Shown: positions 9,692 to 18,622, counted from the stretch's first letter. The stretch is 64,000 nucleotides of DNA from an uncultured Clostridia bacterium (GCA_934130595.1 CAKOYF010000002.1:49989-113988); one strand, 5' to 3'. Made by a program: numbers and translations. Notes: generated by a model not told the origin, from the letters alone.

Positions 9692-10750
9692 GTGAAAGAA
9701 GATAAAGCATTTATAGTTAGAAAGGTTCTTACTGTTGTAAGTCTAATTCTTATATTTGCTACAGCTGGATTACTAGCAATAACAACTCAACTTAAGACAA
9801 TAACATTTAATTACTATGGTAACGTTAAATCAATTAAAACATTAGCCAGTTCTGTAGATGCATTTTTACTACAAAATGATATTTGTTTAAATGAAAGTGC
9901 AATAATAGAACCTGCCAAAAAATCTAGATTAACTAACGGAATGACTATAACAGTTTCTAGTAAAGAAACTGAATCTTTTGATATAGAAAGTGTAAGAGAG
10001 TCATATTCTCCAGTAGTAGCTAGTGTAAGTGAAGAAATTGAGTCTATACCATACGAAGAAGAAAAAGTAAATAATGATGAGAGAGAATCTGGAGAAACAG
10101 CCGTATTAAAAGAAGGCGTTGAGGGTTCTAAATCAATAAGTTATATAGTTAAATCAACAAATGATAAAGTAATTCAAAAAGATGAAATAAGAAGTAAAGT
10201 GCTTGCAGAAGCACAAAACAGAGTAGTAGAAGTTGGAACAAAGGTTACAGTTTCAAGAAGTAATGTTGTAACATCAATTATGACAGATGTTGTTGATGGT
10301 GGATTTGTTCAATATAATATTTCACTACCTGTTGAATATCAACAGTATGCATATAATCTATGTAAAAGATATGGAATAGATTATCCATTATTCTTAGCTA
10401 TGATGTATCAAGAAAGTACATTTAATGTTAATGCAGGAGCAAATGGATTATATAAAGGTCTATGTCAAGTTGGTGTAGGTAACTTACCTATTGCTGGAAT
10501 TGAAACCGCAGCACAATTACTAGATCCATATAATAACATGGCTGCAGGAGCATATATGCTATATAATAATCTAGTAGCTGCTAGAAATTATACTTCAGAT
10601 ACACAAACACAATGGGTTTTTGCATTAAACTCATATAATATGGGAATTGGCGGATATCTATCTGTGTTCAATTCTGGAACTATTGATAGAGCATATAGCA
10701 CAAATATATTAAGAACTAGAGATAGATTAATAACAAATGGTGGATTATAA
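9692..10750 (+). CDS. Membrane-anchored G5-domain protein with a C-terminal SLT-type lytic transglycosylase-like domain (GTG start)
   Basis: N-terminal TM. G5-like block (ETAVLKEGVEGSKSISYIV...VVEVGTK). C-terminal MMYQESTFN...GLCQV resembles the SLT catalytic Glu-Ser motif. Sits upstream of rsmA like YabE-type genes. Confidence 0.7.
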   Translation: MKEDKAFIVRKVLTVVSLILIFATAGLLAITTQLKTITFNYYGNVKSIKTLASSVDAFLLQNDICLNESAIIEPAKKSRLTNGMTITVSSKETESFDIESVRESYSPVVASVSEEIESIPYEEEKVNNDERESGETAVLKEGVEGSKSISYIVKSTNDKVIQKDEIRSKVLAEAQNRVVEVGTKVTVSRSNVVTSIMTDVVDGGFVQYNISLPVEYQQYAYNLCKRYGIDYPLFLAMMYQESTFNVNAGANGLYKGLCQVGVGNLPIAGIETAAQLLDPYNNMAAGAYMLYNNLVAARNYTSDTQTQWVFALNSYNMGIGGYLSVFNSGTIDRAYSTNILRTRDRLITNGGL

Positions 10751-10761
10751 TATATTAATAT

Positions 10762-10792
10762 AAAGAATAGCGTATGCTATTCTTTTATTTTT
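10762..10792 (+). terminator. Rho-independent terminator
   Basis: 10-bp stem aaagaatagc (10762-10771) / gctattcttt (10776-10785), loop gtat, T-rich tail. Confidence 0.7.
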
Positions 10793-10806
10793 AAAGGAGC
10801 AAATAC

Positions 10807-11667
10807 ATGGAAAATACATTATCAAAGACTAGAAAAATAATGAATAAATTTAATATTGTAGCAAACAAAAGATTTGGGCAAAACTTTTTAATAGACGATA
10901 ATATTTTACAAGGAATAGTAGATGTTGCAGATGTAGAAGAAAATGATTTGGTAATAGAAATAGGACCAGGTCTTGGAAATTTAACCGAATATTTACTTGA
11001 AAGAGCAAAATATGTATTATTAGTTGAAATAGATCCAAAGATGATAGAAGTATTGCAAGATAGATTTAAACAAAATACGAATTATACATTAATTAATGAG
11101 GATATATTAAAGGTAAATATAGATGAAAAGGTAAAGCAGATTGAAAATGATAATAATATAAAATTTAGTTCTGTTAAAGTAGTAGCTAATTTACCATATT
11201 ATATTACTACACCAATTCTTTTTAAGTTACTAGAAGATGAAAATTCTATATCAAGTATAACTGTAATGGTTCAAAAGGAAGTAGCAGATAGAATGGTAGC
11301 AAGTCCTAAGAGCAAAGAATATGGTATATTAACATTAATGGTAGATTATTTTTCAAATGCAGATACTAAATTAATAGTACCTAATTCAAGCTTTATTCCT
11401 GAACCAGGAGTTACTTCTGCAGTTATTAATTTACAAAAAGACAGAAAGTATGAAGTAAAAGATGAAAAAGTATTTTTTGAATTAATACATAAGGCTTTTG
11501 CACAAAGAAGAAAGAAAATGGTTAATTCATTAACATCTACTAATTTTAATAATATGGATAAGCAAAGTATTGAAAAACTATTTTCAGATTGTGGTATAAA
11601 GCTTACTGCAAGAGCAGAAGAACTAGAGATAGAAGATTTTATTAAATTAGCAAATAGTATTGAATAA
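10807..11667 (+). CDS. rsmA: 16S rRNA (adenine1518/1519-N6)-dimethyltransferase RsmA/KsgA
   Basis: KRFGQNFLID, VIEIGPGLGNLT SAM motif, ANLPYYITTPI. Confidence 0.93.
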   Translation: MENTLSKTRKIMNKFNIVANKRFGQNFLIDDNILQGIVDVADVEENDLVIEIGPGLGNLTEYLLERAKYVLLVEIDPKMIEVLQDRFKQNTNYTLINEDILKVNIDEKVKQIENDNNIKFSSVKVVANLPYYITTPILFKLLEDENSISSITVMVQKEVADRMVASPKSKEYGILTLMVDYFSNADTKLIVPNSSFIPEPGVTSAVINLQKDRKYEVKDEKVFFELIHKAFAQRRKKMVNSLTSTNFNNMDKQSIEKLFSDCGIKLTARAEELEIEDFIKLANSIE

Positions 11668-11677
11668 GAGGGATAAT

Positions 11678-12400
11678 ATGAATTTAGAAAAGTATAAATA
11701 TATTGCACATAGAGGTCTATATAATAGATTAGATACTCCAGAAAATTCTATGAAAGCATTCGAAAATGCAATTTTAAAAGGATATGCAATAGAATTAGAT
11801 GTTAATATGACTAATGATGGACATTTAGTTGTATTTCATGATGAAAGCTTAAAAAGGATGACTGGCATAAAAAATAATATAACTGCATTAGATTTAAATG
11901 AAATAAAAAAGTTAAAATTATTAGGTACTAATAATTTAATTCCAACATTTGAGGATGTTTTGATGTTAGTTAATGGTAAAGTTCCATTAATGATCGAAGT
12001 TAAAAGAAACGAGAGATATAAAGAACTTATGCCTAAATTAAAGAGAATGCTTGAAAAGTATGATGGAGAGTATGTTATTGAATCTTTTGATCCTAGAGTA
12101 ATATATTGGTTAAGAAAAAATGCACCAGACGTTATAAGAGGACAATTAGCAGCAAAGAATTTACGAGAAATATCAAATAAAACTTTGAAATATCTTCTTG
12201 GAAAAATGGCATTTAATGTAATTACCAAACCTAACTTTGTATCATATGTTTTTACTGAGGTAGATGAGAACTTTTACAAAAAACAAAAAGCTAAAAATAG
12301 AGATGTCGCTGTATGGACTGTAAAAAATAAAGAAGATTACGAAAGAGTAAAGGGCTGTGCAGATATGTATATATTTGAAAATGAGGAGACTATCAGATAA
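11678..12400 (+). CDS. Glycerophosphodiester phosphodiesterase family protein
   Basis: IAHRG...PENS...AIELDV...HDESL motifs of the GDPD family. ATG at 11678 follows AGAGGG. The ORF-track TTG start at 11660 overlaps the rsmA end. Confidence 0.82.
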   Translation: MNLEKYKYIAHRGLYNRLDTPENSMKAFENAILKGYAIELDVNMTNDGHLVVFHDESLKRMTGIKNNITALDLNEIKKLKLLGTNNLIPTFEDVLMLVNGKVPLMIEVKRNERYKELMPKLKRMLEKYDGEYVIESFDPRVIYWLRKNAPDVIRGQLAAKNLREISNKTLKYLLGKMAFNVITKPNFVSYVFTEVDENFYKKQKAKNRDVAVWTVKNKEDYERVKGCADMYIFENEETIR

Positions 12401-12420
12401 TGAAGTCTCCTCATTTAATT
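12381..12420. terminator. Hairpin between convergent GDPD and tdk genes (putative bidirectional terminator)
   Basis: 11-bp stem atgaggagact (12381-12391) / agtctcctcat (12404-12414). The T-run is weak. Confidence 0.45.
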
Positions 12421-13000
12421 ATATACCAGCTACATGGTGCGTTAATCTTTTATAACATTTTCTACATACTGCTTTATATGAATCATTTCCACCAATTAAG
12501 ATGTCGGGCCCTGTAGTTACGGGAACACCACTTATCATACGCATATTTACAGTGGCTTTTTTTCCACATTCACAGATAGTTTTAATTTCTTCAATTTTAT
12601 CGGCCATTTCCATTAATGGTCCTGAGCCTTCAAAGAACTTCATTCTAAAATTAGTTCTTAACCCATAACAAATTACAGGAATTTCTAGTATATCTACAAT
12701 GTCTGTAAGCTGTACTACTTGCTTACGAGTTAAAAATTGAGCCTCATCTATTAAAATGCAATCTGGTTTGGTTTCTAGTTGTTTAATTTGCCTATAAATA
12801 TTTGTTTCTGAATCGAATAATTCTGCATCAGATTGTATACCTATTCTAGTTGTTACTTTTCCTACATCATATCTATCATCTATTTTTGCTGTGTAAATAA
12901 CTACGTTTTGACCTCTTTCTTTGTAATTGTATGCTACTTTTAGTAAATCTATTGTTTTACCGCTTCCCATTGCTCCATATCTAAAATATAATTTTGACAT
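12419..13000 (-). CDS. tdk: Thymidine kinase
   Basis: MSKLYFRYGAMGSGKT P-loop, ILIDEAQF, C-terminal zinc motif CECG...CRKC. ATG at 13000 is preceded by GGAGGAAGG. Confidence 0.93.
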   Translation of the reverse strand: MSKLYFRYGAMGSGKTIDLLKVAYNYKERGQNVVIYTAKIDDRYDVGKVTTRIGIQSDAELFDSETNIYRQIKQLETKPDCILIDEAQFLTRKQVVQLTDIVDILEIPVICYGLRTNFRMKFFEGSGPLMEMADKIEEIKTICECGKKATVNMRMISGVPVTTGPDILIGGNDSYKAVCRKCYKRLTHHVAGI

Positions 13001-13087
13001 ATACCTTCCTCCAAAATTACAAAAATTATAGCATAAAAGATATTTGTTGTTAATAAAAAACGACAAAAAAATAAAAAAATCTACATA

Positions 13088-13116
13088 TTGACATGCTAAC
13101 TCTTTTCATATATAAT
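13088..13116 (+). promoter_or_regulatory. Perfect consensus sigma-A promoter of the metallophosphoesterase pair
   Basis: TTGACA (13088-13093), 17-nt spacer, TATAAT (13111-13116). Confidence 0.7.
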
Positions 13117-13196
13117 TTGGTCAGTTGTAATACATGATGAGCGAAAATAATTATTAGCTTGATTTACCACAAGATTAATATTAAGGAGGGGTTATT

Positions 13197-14150
13197 ATGA
13201 GAAATTATAGCCATATAATTGAAAAAATGAAAAAGGAGCAGCTCACTTTAAAACAACTAAGATTACAAATGGAGGACATAAATTATCTAAGAGACATGGG
13301 ATACAATGTAAAAGAACAATATGATCCTAGAAAGGGTGATGATGTTTATTATATTGTAACTTCTGGTGATACAGCATATATTAAAATTTCTGATGCACCA
13401 AAAAAAGGCAAAAGTGTAGTTTTAAAACTTCTAGAGATATCTGATTTACACACAGGATGTAGAAATTTTGATAAAGTTGGATTAGATAAAACACTTCAAG
13501 AAGCAAAAGAAAGAGGAGTTGAGTATGTTCACATATCAGGAGATCTGATTGATGGATTTGGAGTATATAGGGGACAAGAAAACAACCTAAAATTAAACAA
13601 AGCCATCGAACAAGTAAACGAGCTTATGTCTGTACTTGAAAAATATGACTTCTGGTATATTGCCAGTATGGGAAATCACGACCAATCATATTGTATGAAA
13701 GGTGGAGTAGATCCCATAAAATACTTAGAAAGCAAAATGGCAAAAAAAGGTAGAAGATTTACCTATTTGAATGCATATGAAGCAAATATAATTCATGCAG
13801 GTATAGTTTTCAGATTGGTTCATTTGCAAGGTGGTGCAGCTAGAGCCGCATCATATAAAGTACAAGTGTACTTATCCAGAGTGTTTGAAAGCAACTTAAA
13901 TGATGTATATATTGGAGGAAAAGTATACAATTTAAGAAGTATTCAAGCTGGACATTTTCATACTTTTTATTCACTATCTATGAGTGGTATTAGAATAATA
14001 ATGCCTGGTAATTTTCAACATGATGGTGACTTAGAAAAAAGAATGGGAATATCTGGAAAAACAGGTGGAATATTTACTGAATTAACAATAGTTGGAGATA
14101 AAATTGCAAGAGAAAAAATTGAATTTTTTAATCCTTGGAAGGAGGGGTAA
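13197..14150 (+). CDS. Calcineurin-like metallophosphoesterase with all catalytic motifs intact, plus an N-terminal ~75-aa extra domain
   Basis: ISDLHTG (DxH), SGDLIDG (GD), MGNHD (GNHD), VHLQGG, AGHFH (GHxH). Confidence 0.75.
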   Translation: MRNYSHIIEKMKKEQLTLKQLRLQMEDINYLRDMGYNVKEQYDPRKGDDVYYIVTSGDTAYIKISDAPKKGKSVVLKLLEISDLHTGCRNFDKVGLDKTLQEAKERGVEYVHISGDLIDGFGVYRGQENNLKLNKAIEQVNELMSVLEKYDFWYIASMGNHDQSYCMKGGVDPIKYLESKMAKKGRRFTYLNAYEANIIHAGIVFRLVHLQGGAARAASYKVQVYLSRVFESNLNDVYIGGKVYNLRSIQAGHFHTFYSLSMSGIRIIMPGNFQHDGDLEKRMGISGKTGGIFTELTIVGDKIAREKIEFFNPWKEG

Positions 14151-14153
14151 ATT

Positions 14154-15116
14154 ATGAATGAGAATTTCTTAACCTCACAAAAAGCAACTAATGCACTTTC
14201 AAAGATGAGATCAAAAGCTTGCACATTAGAAGAACTAGAACTAACTAAAGAAGAAATAGAAGAACTTATTTCGGCAACTGGCAATATTAACTATAATGAT
14301 ACGGATAAAACGTATTATATAACCAAATTTAACGAGAATAACTATGAAATAATTTCTTTTTATAGTAAAGATGAAGTAACAGAAAAATGGCTTGAACTTA
14401 GTGATATATATTTGGGTAGTAAGTTTTGTGACTTTGACACTTTAGTATATATGCTAGATTTAGCTAAGCAAGAAGGTGTTACTAACATTCATATTGCAGG
14501 AGATTTATGTGCTGGACATCCATCATATAAAAATCAAGATCTTTATCTTACTGCAAAGACTTCTCAAGAACAAGCAGATATAGCAATAAAGCTTTTTTCA
14601 AAGTATCCTCAGTTTAAATTTTACTGTATTAATGGTGAAAGGGATTTATCTTTTGAAAAAGGTGGATCAATAAATCCGCTTATATTAGTTCAAAGAGAAC
14701 TTACCGAAAAAGGAATAGAATTTCATCACATAAATGAAATGGTAGCAAATTTAGTAATACAAGGGGTTGTAAAGAGAATTCAGCATGGAACAGGTAGACT
14801 AGCATATACGAAATCATATAAGATTGAAAAAGAAATGTGGCAACAATTTGAGAATATGAGTGATAATGTTATAATAAAAAACAGAAACTATAATATCCGC
14901 TTTGTACAATTTGGACATTATCATGTAAATAGTTATCAAAAATTAGGTGGTATAATGATAACATCAACAGCTGGTATGGTTTTTGATGACAAAGGTGTAT
15001 TAAACGAAAATACATCATATCCTTCTGCTAAAATTTGTACAGCAGTTATAAAAAAAGGAAAGGTACTAAGATTTATAACAGAAAGTATTACTAATCCTAA
15101 AAATGTAATAATGTAA
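14154..15116 (+). CDS. Paralogous metallophosphoesterase-fold protein with degenerate catalytic motifs
   Basis: Same architecture as the upstream gene, but LSDIYLG replaces DxH and INGERD replaces GNHD. AGDLCAG, IQHGTG and FGHYH are retained. 3-nt gap to the upstream gene, whose end contains the RBS. Confidence 0.65.
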   Translation: MNENFLTSQKATNALSKMRSKACTLEELELTKEEIEELISATGNINYNDTDKTYYITKFNENNYEIISFYSKDEVTEKWLELSDIYLGSKFCDFDTLVYMLDLAKQEGVTNIHIAGDLCAGHPSYKNQDLYLTAKTSQEQADIAIKLFSKYPQFKFYCINGERDLSFEKGGSINPLILVQRELTEKGIEFHHINEMVANLVIQGVVKRIQHGTGRLAYTKSYKIEKEMWQQFENMSDNVIIKNRNYNIRFVQFGHYHVNSYQKLGGIMITSTAGMVFDDKGVLNENTSYPSAKICTAVIKKGKVLRFITESITNPKNVIM

Positions 15117-15119
15117 ATG

Positions 15120-15149
15120 AACACTTCATTTGAAGTGTTTATTTTTTTA
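15120..15149 (+). terminator. Rho-independent terminator after the phosphoesterase pair
   Basis: aacacttca / tgaagtgtt hairpin followed by tattttttt. Confidence 0.65.
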
Positions 15150-15246
15150 TTAATATTCTTTATATAGAAAATAGCAAAAGAAAATTATGGAGTGATGCTA
15201 ATGGTAGAGAAGATGTAATAATCTTCTTTATTTTTATTTTAAGATG

Positions 15247-15342
15247 TGGTATAATGATATTAGTATATAAGATTTGTGGAATTTTTGTCTTATATACGAT
15301 GTTACAAACATGGGAGATATGTTAAGGCATATCTCCTTTTTT
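15247..15342 (+). ncRNA. Candidate small RNA (extended -10 promoter, two hairpins, intrinsic terminator); unassigned
   Basis: TGgTATAAT at 15247-15255. Perfect 10-bp hairpin gtatataaga / tcttatatac (15263-15297). Terminator ggagatatg / catatctcc (15313-15336) plus T6. Confidence 0.3.
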
Positions 15343-15401
15343 GTTATTAGAAAACCCCCAGATAGTCTGGGGGGTTCAGTAAAGCTTTTAGCGATGACTA
15401 A

Positions 15402-15443
15402 ACAAAAAAATATCAAGTCTTCTGATAATAAAAGACTTGATAT
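15402..15443 (-). terminator. Rho-independent terminator of the tRNA operon
   Basis: Perfect 12-bp stem (15410-15421 / 15432-15443), followed on the minus strand by TTTTTTTG. Confidence 0.8.
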
Positions 15444-15459
15444 TATACCATTGTTTAGA

Positions 15460-15535
15460 TGGAGCTGAAACTCAGATTTGAACTGAGGACCTACGGTTTA
15501 CAAGACCGTTGCTCTACCAACTGAGCTATTCCAGC
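15460..15535 (-). tRNA. tRNA-Thr (anticodon UGU)
   Basis: Reverse complement GCTGGAATAGCTCAGTTGGTAGAGCAACGGTCTTGTAAACCGTAGGTCCTCAGTTCAAATCTGAGTTTCAGCTCCA folds as a cloverleaf. Anticodon loop is CTTGTAA and CCA is encoded. Confidence 0.93.
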
Positions 15536-15549
15536 AATATACTTTTTAA

Positions 15550-15624
15550 TGGTGACCCGTAGGAGAGTCGAACTCCTCACTCCGCCGTGAAAGGGCGATG
15601 TCTTAACCGATTGACCAACGGGCC
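15550..15624 (-). tRNA. tRNA-Glu (anticodon UUC)
   Basis: Reverse complement GGCCCGTTGGTCAATCGGTTAAGACATCGCCCTTTCACGGCGGAGTGAGGAGTTCGACTCTCCTACGGGTCACCA. Anticodon loop is CTTTCAC and CCA is encoded. Confidence 0.93.
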
Positions 15625-15631
15625 CCATTTG

Positions 15632-15707
15632 TGGTGAGCCATCGCAGATTCGAACTGCGGACAACTTGATTAAAAGTCAAGTGCTCTGCCAACTGAGCTA
15701 ATGGCCC
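15632..15707 (-). tRNA. tRNA-Lys (anticodon UUU)
   Basis: Reverse complement GGGCCATTAGCTCAGTTGGCAGAGCACTTGACTTTTAATCAAGTTGTCCGCAGTTCGAATCTGCGATGGCTCACCA. Anticodon loop is CTTTTAA and CCA is encoded. Confidence 0.93.
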
Positions 15708-15750
15708 ATCAAAGTATATTACAATCAGTCTCACAACTGACTGCGCATAT

Positions 15751-15779
15751 ATAATACTACAATTTTGATGACTTGTCAA
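15751..15779 (-). promoter_or_regulatory. Sigma-A promoter of the tRNA-Lys/Glu/Thr operon
   Basis: On the minus strand: TTGACA (15779-15774), 17-nt spacer, TATTAT (15756-15751). Confidence 0.7.
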
Positions 15780-16143
15780 TAGATTTTTGATAAAAAATTA
15801 AAAAAAAATAAATTTTATTTTAAAATAGTATAAAATTCAACAAAACCACTTTTTCAAAAAGGTCTAGTTTTATAACATGATATGTAAAGTATTGCCTGTT
15901 GGAAGGCATAGTGCTAGTATATTTGTGTGATTCAAATAGTTTATTCAATCATTTATTTTTTCTAAAAAGTTTTTTCTTTATTATTTTTTTAATATTAATA
16001 TTCTTAATGTATTCATCTTATGATTTTTAGATTTTTTATTAGGAGAAAAAAGATTTGAATTTTGAAAGAATACATTGCAACTTTAGTTTTAGCGTAAAAT
16101 TTCTATTTGAATCACAATATATTTTTTTGAAGGGAGTTGTTTT

Positions 16144-16467
16144 ATGAAATTAAAAATTTTGTTGTGTATAATGTGTATAACTTTTTCATTTTGCTTTGCT
16201 TCAACTGTTTTTGCAGCAACTACTACTCCAAGTCTAGTCACTAAAATTAATACAGCATTTACTAGAATACAAGGATATTTAAAGAAAATATCTACGCCGA
16301 TAGCAGGAGTGTGTCTTACAAGTGGGATATTAATTAGAAAATTGAGCTTTGGTGATGAAAAGAAAATGATAATTGGAAAAAAGGTAATAACTAATACCGT
16401 AGTAGGATATGCTGCTATTCAACTTTTAGATTTAATAATTAAGTTTATTGAGTCTGTAGTAAAATAA
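16144..16467 (+). CDS. Small secreted two-TM protein with VirB2/TrbC-pilin-like topology
   Basis: Signal peptide ending VFA/ATT, then two hydrophobic helices separated by a charged loop (SFGDEKKMIIGKK). 107 aa. Assignment is from topology only. Confidence 0.35.
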   Translation: MKLKILLCIMCITFSFCFASTVFAATTTPSLVTKINTAFTRIQGYLKKISTPIAGVCLTSGILIRKLSFGDEKKMIIGKKVITNTVVGYAAIQLLDLIIKFIESVVK

Positions 16468-16469
16468 TT

Positions 16470-17246
16470 ATGGACATAATAAAAAATATCAACAGTATAT
16501 TAAATAGTTTTAGTTCAAATTTTAAAAGTGAAGGATATAAATTATTAAATAGTATATCAAACATAGATATGGAGATATTTCAAAAAAATCCATTGAAACT
16601 TTTATATTCAGAAAAAAATATTCAAAATTATATATTAATAATAAATGTACTAATAACTAGTGTTGTTATATACTATGCATTTAAATACATTTTATCTTTA
16701 TATAGTAACGTTACAATTTCCAATATGTACAAAAATCTATTGAAAGTAATTATGGTTATGATTGTTTGTATTAATAGTTTAGATATTTGTAAATATATAG
16801 TTAAAATTAATTCTGAAATATCTAAAGTAGAAGATACATTTTTAAAAGAATTATATAATGATGACTTAAACTATAATTATTTAGAAGAAAATATAGACAC
16901 TTTAGAAGATTTTTTTAAAAGTTCAAATAAAACAGGAATAAATGGTATGAAAGATATAGTAGTATGTTCATATGTTATGGCTATAATAGTTTTTCTTTCA
17001 GCAAGATATGTGATTGTTGTTATTTGTATATTAGTTTCACCACTAGCATTTTTTGGTTTAATAATAGATAAAAATATATTTAGAAAATGGCTCAAACTCT
17101 TTTTATATAATTTATTACTACAGAATATAAATAAAATTATAATATTTATACCATTAAGCAGTAAAAGTGAAAAAGGTATTTTCCCTGCTATTTTAATTGG
17201 CAGTTTAGTAATAATGTACAATGTGGATAAGAAGGTGATAAAATAG
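16470..17246 (+). CDS. Polytopic membrane protein (258 aa, 5 or more TM), possibly VirB6/TrbL-like
   Basis: 2-nt gap to the preceding gene. Several long hydrophobic segments. No catalytic motif. Confidence 0.4.
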   Translation: MDIIKNINSILNSFSSNFKSEGYKLLNSISNIDMEIFQKNPLKLLYSEKNIQNYILIINVLITSVVIYYAFKYILSLYSNVTISNMYKNLLKVIMVMIVCINSLDICKYIVKINSEISKVEDTFLKELYNDDLNYNYLEENIDTLEDFFKSSNKTGINGMKDIVVCSYVMAIIVFLSARYVIVVICILVSPLAFFGLIIDKNIFRKWLKLFLYNLLLQNINKIIIFIPLSSKSEKGIFPAILIGSLVIMYNVDKKVIK

Positions 17247-17650
17247 CTATGGAGAGGATAAATAAGCAAAGAATATTTAATTTTTATAGTAGAAAAAACA
17301 AATGACTAGGTATAATAGACTATAAGACGTTAAGTTTAAGTGTAATATATGTTTTAGTAGTGTTTAAAATATGTATGAACTTGAGTATTCAATTAGAATT
17401 TAAAATATATATTTTTTTAAATCTTGTAATTCCACTTTTTATTTTTATCGTTTTAAATATTCAAGAAGATAATATAGTTTTGAAATTAGAATTTATTTTA
17501 AAATTTGTTTTAAATAAAAAAATATATGTTAATTATAATCCCTATGCATATAGAAAAACAATTTATATGAAAAATGTAGAAAAACATTATATTGAAAAAT
17601 AGACATAAAAGTGATATAATGTGTCCCAGTTAAATAGGAGATTTATTTAT

Positions 17651-18622
17651 ATGAAGTTTATACAAAAAAGCAAACTGGAACTAGGAGATACTTTGGTGCC
17701 AGATTTATTTATTTTAAATAATATGAAGTCTTTGAATAAAAATGATATCAAAGTATACATGTATATATTATATTTGTTTAAAAAAGGTATGGATGTAGAT
17801 TCAGATACAATAATAAAAGAATTAAATTTAACAGCAGAAGAATTTAAAACAAGTATAGAAGTGTTATTAGCTGAAGAATTACTTCAAAAAACAACAAGAG
17901 GAATCCTAGTTGTAGATTTAAAAGAAGCAGAGATAAATAAATCATATATGCCTAAATTTGAGAATAAGCCAAAAAGATATGAAAATGTTATTGACGAAAA
18001 GAGAAAAGCTGCAGTTGAAGCAATTTGTGAAAGCTTCTTTGGAGGAATTATGTCATATAATTGGAATACAGACATAGGTAATTTGTTTAATATGTATTCT
18101 TTCTCAGAAGAAGTAATGATTGCATTATTTCAATATTGCAAAGAAAGAAATGCTTTAAATAGAAAATATGTATTTGCAGTTGCAGAAACTTGGCATAATG
18201 GCGGAGTAAAAACATTTGAAGAATTAGAAAGCTTTTTGGATAATTATGATAAATTTAGTAAGATAAAACAAAAGATTTCTAAATCACTTAATCTTGGAAG
18301 AAATCTTTCTAAGTATGAAGAAGTATATGTTAGAAAGTGGATTGAGGATTATGAATATGATTTTGATATAATAGAAGAAGGATTAAAAAGAAGTACATCT
18401 ACAACTAATCCTTCAATAAAATACATAGATGCAATAATTTCTAGCTGGTATAAAAAAGGATTTAGAACAGTAGAACAGATTAATGAAAGCGAGAATGGTA
18501 AGGAAATTACTGAGAAAAAGCCTGATGTAAAAAGAACAGTTTCAGAGCCCAAAAGAAAAAGTTATCAAAGCTATTCACAAAGAGAATATGATAGTTCAGA
18601 CGACTTTTATGATGAAATTTAA
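17651..18622 (+). CDS. DnaD-domain replication/helicase-loading protein (DnaB/DnaD-like)
   Basis: DnaD-like C-terminal domain (WNTDIGNLFNMYSF...VFAVAETWHNGGVKTFEE and a second IDAIISSWYKKGFRT repeat). ATG at 17651 follows AGGAG. Paired with a DnaI-like ATPase as in other Clostridia. Confidence 0.75.
   Translation: MKFIQKSKLELGDTLVPDLFILNNMKSLNKNDIKVYMYILYLFKKGMDVDSDTIIKELNLTAEEFKTSIEVLLAEELLQKTTRGILVVDLKEAEINKSYMPKFENKPKRYENVIDEKRKAAVEAICESFFGGIMSYNWNTDIGNLFNMYSFSEEVMIALFQYCKERNALNRKYVFAVAETWHNGGVKTFEELESFLDNYDKFSKIKQKISKSLNLGRNLSKYEEVYVRKWIEDYEYDFDIIEEGLKRSTSTTNPSIKYIDAIISSWYKKGFRTVEQINESENGKEITEKKPDVKRTVSEPKRKSYQSYSQREYDSSDDFYDEI

Noticed and set aside
15234-15468. Two overlapping 60-64-aa ORFs between the phosphoesterase pair and tRNA-Thr.
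   Set aside because: Neither has an RBS. The region is filled with hairpins and terminators and runs into the tRNA gene, so an RNA or regulatory role is more plausible.
15926-16116. A 14-bp perfect inverted repeat, tgtgattcaaatag (15926-15939) / ctatttgaatcaca (16103-16116), flanking the region upstream of the VirB2-like gene.
   Set aside because: It is AT-rich and only 14 bp long. In a window of about 64 kb with this base bias, one such match within a few hundred bp could arise by chance. There are no target-site duplication or transposase-like features. It is worth re-checking only if conserved in relatives.
17360-17602. An 80-aa ORF (MFKICMNLSIQLEFKIYIF...) upstream of the DnaD-like gene.
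   Set aside because: It has a non-ATG start, no RBS, and extreme Ile/Phe/Lys/Asn composition matching the intergenic AT bias. It is probably non-coding.
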